A stretch of 64,000 nucleotides of DNA, taken from an uncultured delta proteobacterium (GTDB lineage Bacteria; Desulfobacterota; Binatia; Binatales; Binataceae). This document shows positions 57,248-64,000 of the stretch, piece by piece. A program made the translations under genes and the position numbers. Position 1 is the first letter of the stretch, and every line of letters starts with the position of its first letter. The stretch is taken from NCBI GenBank assembly GCA_963765675.1, contig CAVXXK010000001.1:1920001-1984000 (forward strand). The letters are read 5' to 3'. The notes beneath the pieces are model-generated. The model did not search any database, was not told where the DNA came from, and saw nothing but the letters and a program-made list of their open reading frames with translations.

Positions 57248-58603
57248 CTATTTCAGCGCGGCGATACGCGCGACGACGCGATCCACGAACACGCCGGCCG
57301 AGCCCAGGTAGCCTGCCGGGTCCATCGCGCGCTCGATCTCCTCGCGCGAGAGATGACCTCTGAGGTCCGCGTCTTCCGCAATCACGTCGCCGAGCGCGCG
57401 ATTCTCGTCGCGAGCGCGATCGCACGCGCGGGAGACCGCATGATGCGCGGCGGCGCGGCCCATCGCGGGAGTCAGAACCGTTGCGAGCGCCTCCGCCATG
57501 ATCAGGCTGCGGGTCGCGTCGAGGTTCTGGCTCATCCGCGCTGGGTCGGCGATCATACCACCCGCGAGCTTATGCGCGCGCGCCAGGGCTCCCGCAGTTA
57601 GCGTGAAAATCTGTGGTATTGCGAGCGATTCGCTCTGCCACGGTCCGGTCGAGCGCTCGTGATCCTGGGTCATCGCGGAGAAAACGATCGGAACCAGCGC
57701 GTGCACCGCGCGAGTCGCCGCGAGGATATATTCGCTCAGGATGGGATTGCGCTTCTGCGGCATCGTACTCGACGATCCCGCACCCTCTGCGTGAGGCTCG
57801 CAGACCTCGGCGACTTCGGTCTGCGACAGCAGGACGACATCAAGCGCGAACTTCGACACGCTGCCGCATACCAGCGCGAGGATGGCGGCGATCTCGGCCA
57901 GGCCGTCGCGCGTCACGTGCCAGGAAAGATCGGGCGCGGTGAGATCTAGCTCGCGGGCAAGAGCTGCCGCCACCGCCGGACCGCTCGAACCCAGAGAGGC
58001 GAGGGTTCCCACCGCTCCTCCGAACTGCACCTTGAAGACACGAGCGGCCGCCTGATCCAGGCGTACGACGTGATCCGCGAGCGGAGCAGCCCAGGTCGCG
58101 CACTTCAAGCCAAACGTTATCGGCACCGCGTGCTGAAGATGGCTCCGTCCGGCTGTCGGCGTATCGCGATAGCGTTTGGCTTGCCCGGCGAGTGCTTGTG
58201 CCGTCGCGATCAGATCGCGGCGGATAATCGCGACGCCGCGACGCATCTGCAGGACCAGCGCGGTATCGACGATATCCTGAGTAGTCGCGCCGAGGTGAAC
58301 GTAGCGTGCGGCATCGGTCCCGGCTGCGCGGCCCAGCTCAGCAACCAGCTCGACGACCGGATAGCCAACGGTTGCGGTGCTGGCGGCAATTTTATCGAAA
58401 GATAGGACCTCGATTCGCGCCGCGGCAGTGATCGCTTTCGCAGCCTCGCCCGGGATGATTCCAAGCGATGCTTCCGCGCGCGCCAGGGCGGCCTCGACTT
58501 CGAGCATCGCGGCTAGCTGGGCGCGATCGGAGAGCAGGGCGCGCATCTCGTCGGTGCCGAAGAGCGAGCCGTAGATTTGCGAGTCGGCGGGATTGACGCT
58601 CAT
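57248..58603 (-). CDS. pcaB: 3-carboxy-cis,cis-muconate cycloisomerase (fumarase/ASL superfamily)
   Basis: VHLGATTQDIVDTA, QFGGAVGTLASL, SSTMPQKRNP, DHERSTGPWQSE. Confidence 0.82.
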   Translation of the reverse strand: MSVNPADSQIYGSLFGTDEMRALLSDRAQLAAMLEVEAALARAEASLGIIPGEAAKAITAAARIEVLSFDKIAASTATVGYPVVELVAELGRAAGTDAARYVHLGATTQDIVDTALVLQMRRGVAIIRRDLIATAQALAGQAKRYRDTPTAGRSHLQHAVPITFGLKCATWAAPLADHVVRLDQAAARVFKVQFGGAVGTLASLGSSGPAVAAALARELDLTAPDLSWHVTRDGLAEIAAILALVCGSVSKFALDVVLLSQTEVAEVCEPHAEGAGSSSTMPQKRNPILSEYILAATRAVHALVPIVFSAMTQDHERSTGPWQSESLAIPQIFTLTAGALARAHKLAGGMIADPARMSQNLDATRSLIMAEALATVLTPAMGRAAAHHAVSRACDRARDENRALGDVIAEDADLRGHLSREEIERAMDPAGYLGSAGVFVDRVVARIAALK

Positions 58604-58708
58604 CGTGATAGTTTTGCGTCTTTGGGCGATAGTTACGCAAGCGGGGGTCAAGCGGAGTGCTCGCGTTGCGATTGCGAGCGCTGTGGCGCCGGGGGAAGAT
58701 TCATCCAG

Positions 58709-59023
58709 ATGAACGAATCGATCGAGCGATGGATGCCGCTTGCGGCGAACGCCGGTCGCGTGCTGATGGGCCTGCTGGTACTGATCGCCGTGCTGTACCT
58801 GGGCGACGATCTTTCGATTCGCTACAAAATTCCCGCCTCGCGCGACGCGTTCGGCTCGGTGCGGGTCAACAAATTCCTTGCGGTGCCGCTGAAGAGCGGC
58901 AAGACCCAGTACATCCTGAGCGGTTCCGAGAACCAGGTATGCGTGAACTCGCCGTTTCCGCATCTGGGCCACGAGCCGTGCTGGTACCTGGAGCGGCACA
59001 AGGATCGGCGCACGGATCTGTAA
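58709..59023 (+). CDS. Small membrane-anchored hypothetical protein
   Basis: One TM segment; C-terminal CVNSPFPHLGHEPCWYL. Confidence 0.7.
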   Translation: MNESIERWMPLAANAGRVLMGLLVLIAVLYLGDDLSIRYKIPASRDAFGSVRVNKFLAVPLKSGKTQYILSGSENQVCVNSPFPHLGHEPCWYLERHKDRRTDL

Positions 59024-59026
59024 CGC

Positions 59027-59341
59027 TCACGACATCAGCATGATGAGCAGGCCGCCGGCGACGATGAATCCGCCTCCGAGCAGGATCCGATCGTCGGGAA
59101 TCTGTTTGAACAGAATGAAAGAGATCATCTGCGACACCACGAAAAAGACCGCGATATAGACGCCCATCAGGCGATTGAAATCCAGGCCGCTCTTGTTGAC
59201 CAGAACTCCGTAGGCAAACAACGTGACGGCTCCCGCGGCGATCGCGGCGGTACGTCCGCCGAGGCCGATCCGCACCAAGGCGTCGCCGCCAACTTCAAGT
59301 GCCGCGGCAAGAATCAGGACAATGAAAACTCTTAAGACCAC
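59027..59341 (-). CDS. Small 4-TM DMT/SMR-like membrane protein
   Basis: AAALEVGGDAL, GVYIAVFF; four hydrophobic helices. Confidence 0.8.
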   Translation of the reverse strand: MVLRVFIVLILAAALEVGGDALVRIGLGGRTAAIAAGAVTLFAYGVLVNKSGLDFNRLMGVYIAVFFVVSQMISFILFKQIPDDRILLGGGFIVAGGLLIMLMS

Positions 59342-59356
59342 TGCGGCGATCGCGCG

Positions 59357-60346
59357 TTACGCGCCGCGCAGCGGGAGTCCCGCCTTGCGATAAACGTCGT
59401 CGATTATCTGCATGCTGACGATCCCGTCGTGCCCGTCGGTCGGCATCGCGGGACCTCCGCGCACGGCGGCGGCGAAGGCGCGCAACTGGTAAGTAAAAGT
59501 CGGCTCGAGCGGGAAGCTCTCCTGCTTTTCGCCGGCAGCAGTTTTGATCGTCAGTTGATGCCCGCGATGCGGCGCGAGAGGGTTGACGACCGACAGGCTG
59601 CCGCGCTCGCCGGTTGCCTCGAACATCACCTGAAGCGGCGAGGTCGGCTCCATCGAGCAGCTCATTCGGGCAGTTGCTCCGCCCGGAAGCTCGAGGTCGG
59701 CTTCCATCGCGATGTCGATTCCCGGAGCACCGATCCTCGCGCGCGCGGCCTTGACGATCGGAGTCGTGCCCGAGAAATGCCGAATCATGTGGAGCGGGTA
59801 GCATCCGAGGTCCATCGTCGCACCGCCTGCGAGGCTAAGATTGTGGCGGATGTCAGTTGGAGGGATGAAGGGGACCGAGAATTTAGCCTCGAGACGGTTG
59901 AGATTGCCCAGGCTTCCGTCGCGCAGGATCTCGCGCACGCGGTAGGCGAGCGGATGGTAATAATAGTGGAACGCTTCGACCAGCACGCGTTTGCTCTGAT
60001 CGGCGGCGGCGGCCATCTGCTCGGCCTCGGCGGCGTTGGAGGAGAGAGGTTTTTCGCACAGCACGTGTTTGCCAGCGCGCAGCGCACGAACGGTCCATTC
60101 GCAATGCAGCGAATTGGGAAGAGGATTGTAGATCGCGTCGAGGTCCGGGTCGTTGACGAGATCATCGTAGCTCGCAAGCACGCGCGCGATGCCGTGCGTT
60201 TTGGCGAACTCGCGCGCCCGCGCAGGATCTCGCGCGGCGATTGCGGTGACCTCGAGTCTGTCGACAACCTTCGCGGGTTTGATCAGCGCATCGGGCGCAA
60301 TCCTCGCCGCTCCCAGCAGGCCAATTCGCAGCGTTGTTGAAGCCAT
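59357..60346 (-). CDS. Gfo/Idh/MocA oxidoreductase
   Basis: IGLLGAARIA, YNPLPNSLH, GKHVLCEKP, GGATMDLGCY. Confidence 0.92.
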   Translation of the reverse strand: MASTTLRIGLLGAARIAPDALIKPAKVVDRLEVTAIAARDPARAREFAKTHGIARVLASYDDLVNDPDLDAIYNPLPNSLHCEWTVRALRAGKHVLCEKPLSSNAAEAEQMAAAADQSKRVLVEAFHYYYHPLAYRVREILRDGSLGNLNRLEAKFSVPFIPPTDIRHNLSLAGGATMDLGCYPLHMIRHFSGTTPIVKAARARIGAPGIDIAMEADLELPGGATARMSCSMEPTSPLQVMFEATGERGSLSVVNPLAPHRGHQLTIKTAAGEKQESFPLEPTFTYQLRAFAAAVRGGPAMPTDGHDGIVSMQIIDDVYRKAGLPLRGA

Positions 60347-60485
60347 CGTCGTGGAATCCTCGCTATTCGGTCGAGCCAGCGTGCGCTCAATCCATTGGCA
60401 CAGCGGGATTCTACGTATCGGAAGCTTTGTACGCCAGTCAGGGCAGGGCGGAGGGACGAATTTGAAATGTCGGTGCGGAGGCAGT

Positions 60486-61472
60486 TCAATCGAGCCCGAG
60501 AAGCCTGCGGGCGTTGCCGCCGAGTATCTTTTCCTCCGACGCGCGATCGAGCCCGAGCGCTTTGACCTCGGCGACAGGATGAGCAAGTCCGGCGGGGAGT
60601 GGATAGTCCGTGCCGACGACGAAGCGCTCTGATCCATAGGTTCGAACCAGATGGCCCAGCATTTCGCGATTGTGAGCAATGATATCGAAATGGAACTGAG
60701 ACAGGTAAGTCGACGGCGCGCGCGGAATCGCCTTCTGGCATTCAGGCACCAGGCGGTATCCCATATCGAGTCTGCCGACGAGTGCGGGCAATGCACCCCC
60801 GGCGTGATAAAGCACTATCTTGAGATCGGAATGGCGTTCGAGCACTCCTCCATATATCAGCAGTGCCGCAGCCAGGCCGGTGTCATACAAGTTGCCGACC
60901 AGGTTGCCCAGAAAATAGCGGCCGAGTGCTCCGGCGGGTGCGGCTTCGAATGGATGAATGCATACTACCATTCGTAGCGCCGCGGCCGCCGACCAGAAGA
61001 CATCGAAATCGGCTTCGTCGAGCTGCCGCTCACCTACTTTCGGCGGAATTTCGACCCCGCGAAGCCCTAGTCCGGCGGCGCGTTCCATTTCCCTGGCCGC
61101 GGCGGCGGGATCTTGCATCGGAACCGACGCGAGCGGCTGAAACCGGTGAGAGTCAGCCGCGCCCAGCGCCGCCATCGCGTCGTTGTTTACCTGCGCAATA
61201 GCCAGTCCGAGATCGGGCGCGGCATCTGGATACATCAGGAATGGAACGCACGAGATTGCCTGCGTCGCGATCCCTTCGCGATCCATGTCGGCGGCGCGCG
61301 CGGCGGCGTTTGAGATTGCGCCGTCGATCGGGCGCATCGCTTTTTCCTGGATCAGAAAAAACCTGCGGCCCTCGCGCTCGACGATCCGGGTGGCGAAGTG
61401 CTTCCCCTCGCGCGCTAAAAAAGCGATCACCTCGGGCGCGATGAAGTGGTTGTGCATGTCGATCACGTCCAT
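60486..61472 (-). CDS. Amidohydrolase_2 family protein (ACMSD-like decarboxylase/hydratase)
   Basis: IDMHNH, IHP, HAGG, GTDYP. Confidence 0.88.
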   Translation of the reverse strand: MDVIDMHNHFIAPEVIAFLAREGKHFATRIVEREGRRFFLIQEKAMRPIDGAISNAAARAADMDREGIATQAISCVPFLMYPDAAPDLGLAIAQVNNDAMAALGAADSHRFQPLASVPMQDPAAAAREMERAAGLGLRGVEIPPKVGERQLDEADFDVFWSAAAALRMVVCIHPFEAAPAGALGRYFLGNLVGNLYDTGLAAALLIYGGVLERHSDLKIVLYHAGGALPALVGRLDMGYRLVPECQKAIPRAPSTYLSQFHFDIIAHNREMLGHLVRTYGSERFVVGTDYPLPAGLAHPVAEVKALGLDRASEEKILGGNARRLLGLD

Positions 61473-61512
61473 CGCCTTCTCCCGGCCGAATGATCAATCG
61501 ATTGGTTGCGTA

Positions 61513-62004
61513 CTAGAGGATGAAGCTTATCTTGCCGTGCGGGCGCAGAGCCTCATTGTCGAGGATGGCGCGGCGCTCACGAATCCTCAGTTTGCCATCC
61601 TTTCGGATGAGCTTGTAATCGTAGCGGCCGATGTAAGTATCAACTGATTCGTAGCGCATCCGATGCACCGCAAAATTCGCGCTCGCCAGAAAAAGCTCGC
61701 CTTCGGCGCCGAGCACTCGCACGTTGGTGATCAGCCGCCGCGTGCGCGAACGCGGATTCTCGGCCCACGCCGCCTTGCCGAGCAACTGCTTTACTCGCGA
61801 TCGGATACGGACGGCGTCGTCCGCGATAATGAACAGAGTATTGCGCGAGTCGCCCTCGGGAACATCAGTGGGCGGAACCTCATACACGGCGTCTTCGGTG
61901 AGGAGCTCGAGCCATTCGTCGAGTCGCCACTCGTCGAGAAGAGCGGCCTCCTCGTAGAGGAGATCCTCGACCTCCTGGCGGCTAGGCGTTTGCGCGGCAG
62001 TCAC
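61513..62004 (-). CDS. Aromatic ring-hydroxylating dioxygenase beta subunit
   Basis: LYEEAALLDEWRLDEWL, ENPRSRTRR; GTGA overlap with the alpha subunit. Confidence 0.92.
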   Translation of the reverse strand: MTAAQTPSRQEVEDLLYEEAALLDEWRLDEWLELLTEDAVYEVPPTDVPEGDSRNTLFIIADDAVRIRSRVKQLLGKAAWAENPRSRTRRLITNVRVLGAEGELFLASANFAVHRMRYESVDTYIGRYDYKLIRKDGKLRIRERRAILDNEALRPHGKISFIL

Positions 62005-63293
62005 GCGGCCTTCCTCGCGCGGCGAATCTGCGGTTCTGTCATCAATTGATTCCATCGCCGCCAGAAAGCGCGCATCTGCAATTCGTCGGTTAGCGCGGGC
62101 TCCTCGCGCTTCATGCCGCGCGAGATATCCGACCATCCGACTTCGCGATTGGCGAAGCCCCTCTGGCATGACTCGAGCATCTCGACATCGTCGGGAGTAG
62201 CGAAACCTCCCGGACCAAGAAAGGTCAGAAAGTTGTCAAGACGAAGCGCTGAATCCTCGGCACTTTCTTCGGCGGGCGCTAGCGCCCACGCGTTCACCTC
62301 CATGTAGTCGGGCGAGACCGGGTAGAAGGTACGAACCGTGACCGCCATGATGTCATTGATCACAAGGTTCGGAAAAATGCCCAGATTGCGGCTGGTCTCA
62401 CAGATGCGGCGCGCGCGCTCGGGCCCAAAGCGCTCTTCGAACTGGCGGCGCACTTCTGCGAAGTGAGGTTTGCGTTCCTCGCCAAAAGGAGGGACCCAAT
62501 GCGCGATCGGACGCCCCCACGCACTCTGGTACTCGAGGACGGCGTGGCCATTGCCGAGATCGACCACCTTATGCCGCGCCGGAGCGCCGAGAGCCGAGGT
62601 TTTGAAATCAATTCCGATGTCGGTCAGGAAACTGAAGTATCGCTGATGCGTAGGCAGGCCGTGATAGCCGTCGTAGCTATTCTCGACCAACAATTTCCAA
62701 TTGGCGCGCGCGCTGTATGATTGCTGCCCGGCGACGATCTTCATTCCTAGCGCGGACTGGTCGGCGACCAGATCAAGATACTCACGCGCACCCGCCAGAT
62801 ACTCATACAGAGGTTGCGCCGCAGGATCGAAGCAGGCGAATACGAATCCGCGGTAGTTGTCCACCTGTGCGGGAGCGGCCAGCGCCATATCCGCGCGTTT
62901 GAACGCATCGCTGTATGCGTCTTCGCCGGGAACGCCGACCAACTCGCCGCGCGAGTTATAGGTCCATGCGTGGTAAGGACACTGGAAGGTTCGGGCATTG
63001 CCGGATTTTTGCCGGCAAACCATCGCTCCGCGATGAGTACACGTATTCAGCAGTACACGAAGAACATTGTCATCGCCGCGCACCATGACGAGCGGACGTC
63101 CGGCGACATTGCGCGAGCGATAATCGCCCGCGTGCGGCACCTCGGATTCGTGGCCGACATAGATCCAGCACTTGTCGAAGATCCGCCGACGCTCCAGCTC
63201 GAGACATTGCGGGTCGGTGAATGCACGCCGGTTGACGCGGAACAATCCCGCGTCCTGATCTTCCATGATGAAGGCTTCATCTGAGGTTTGCAT
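62001..63293 (-). CDS. Rieske aromatic ring-hydroxylating dioxygenase alpha subunit (p-cumate/benzoate-like)
   Basis: Rieske motif CTHRG..CPYH; NWKL..EN..DGYH....H; PDD. Confidence 0.93.
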   Translation of the reverse strand: MQTSDEAFIMEDQDAGLFRVNRRAFTDPQCLELERRRIFDKCWIYVGHESEVPHAGDYRSRNVAGRPLVMVRGDDNVLRVLLNTCTHRGAMVCRQKSGNARTFQCPYHAWTYNSRGELVGVPGEDAYSDAFKRADMALAAPAQVDNYRGFVFACFDPAAQPLYEYLAGAREYLDLVADQSALGMKIVAGQQSYSARANWKLLVENSYDGYHGLPTHQRYFSFLTDIGIDFKTSALGAPARHKVVDLGNGHAVLEYQSAWGRPIAHWVPPFGEERKPHFAEVRRQFEERFGPERARRICETSRNLGIFPNLVINDIMAVTVRTFYPVSPDYMEVNAWALAPAEESAEDSALRLDNFLTFLGPGGFATPDDVEMLESCQRGFANREVGWSDISRGMKREEPALTDELQMRAFWRRWNQLMTEPQIRRARKAA

Positions 63294-63329
63294 GTCGCTT
63301 CTCCGCTGCTGCCAGTGATTTTCCAGTTG

Positions 63330-64000
63330 CTATTTGCTTGGTGGCTCCCATGCCCAATATCGCGCGATCGCACCCGCATCGACGCGCAGGTCGGTACCGG
63401 TGATCATCATTGAATCATCCGACGCGAGAAAAACCGTGGCGCGTCCGTAATCGCGCGGGCTGGGCAGGCGCTGCATCGGCACACGAGTACGAAATGTCTC
63501 GAACGCGCGCTTGATTTCGTCGGAATTACGCACTTGGCGGCCCCATCGCGCGGCGCGCTCGTGCGATTCCGATGGATCGGTCGCGGTCGGCGTCAGACTA
63601 TTGACCCGAATACCATGTGCGATCAGCTCGATCGCGGCCGAACGGGTGAAATTGAGTAGTCCGCTTTTCGCGGTGCAGTATGCGATGTTGCCCGGTTCGC
63701 CCTGATGCCCGGCGGTCGAGATTATGTTGATAATCGCGCCGTGGCGCTTCCGCTCGATCATCGACTTTGCAACGTACTTGGTGAACAGAAATGCGCCGGT
63801 CAAGATGACGGTGATCTGCCGATGCCACTCTTCGAGCGGCATATCGAGCACGCCCTTCTTGTTGAAGATCGCGGCGTTGTTCACGAGGATATCGATTCCG
63901 TCAAAAGCATCGCATGCGGCTTTGACGGCGGAGGCCACTTGGCCTTCATCGGTCACGTCGCAAGTCACCGCGATAGAACGGGCGCCTGTGCTTTTGAGAT
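63330..64000 (-). CDS. SDR family oxidoreductase (5' end outside the window)
   Basis: DILVNNA, YCTAK, GIRVN, ITG..LRVDAG. Confidence 0.9.
   Translation of the reverse strand, partial: LKSTGARSIAVTCDVTDEGQVASAVKAACDAFDGIDILVNNAAIFNKKGVLDMPLEEWHRQITVILTGAFLFTKYVAKSMIERKRHGAIINIISTAGHQGEPGNIAYCTAKSGLLNFTRSAAIELIAHGIRVNSLTPTATDPSESHERAARWGRQVRNSDEIKRAFETFRTRVPMQRLPSPRDYGRATVFLASDDSMMITGTDLRVDAGAIARYWAWEPPSK

Noticed and set aside
1-64000. tRNA, rRNA, riboswitch, integrase or transposase genes
   Set aside because: None recognised by eye in intergenic regions or the ORF track. A covariance-model search (tRNAscan-SE, Rfam) would be needed to exclude small RNAs.

Overview
High-GC bacterial chromosomal window with about 65 genes. 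Gene content and style suggest a soil deltaproteobacteria-like lineage such as Ca. Binatota; this is inference only. Housekeeping genes: glnA, gltA, ispG, folK, dapL, dapB, pepN-like. An 11 kb respiratory operon encodes Alternative Complex III (actABCDF, no actE) followed by a caa3-type oxidase with fused subunits I+III. Other blocks: an acyl-CoA operon (thiolase-fold, DUF35, PHP, two MaoC), a vapBC pair, three MacB/FtsX-type permeases, tandem serine hydrolases, and a Rieske dioxygenase cluster running off the right end. No rRNA, tRNA, CRISPR array, integrase or transposase was seen. Best leads: (1) a module at 55.0-57.2 kb with a Cys-rich protein, an XRE repressor with a DdrO-like C-terminus and an IrrE/ImmA-like HEXXH peptidase, with a sigma70 promoter carrying a palindromic operator and a separate sigma54 promoter; (2) an AT-richer two-gene islet (small protein + ClpP-fold SDH protease) bracketed by a 65-bp duplication of part of a maoC gene; (3) a permease gene enclosed by 53-bp inverted repeats belonging to a dispersed palindromic repeat family. 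Four +1 frameshifts look like sequencing errors. All family assignments are by motif recognition, not database searches.
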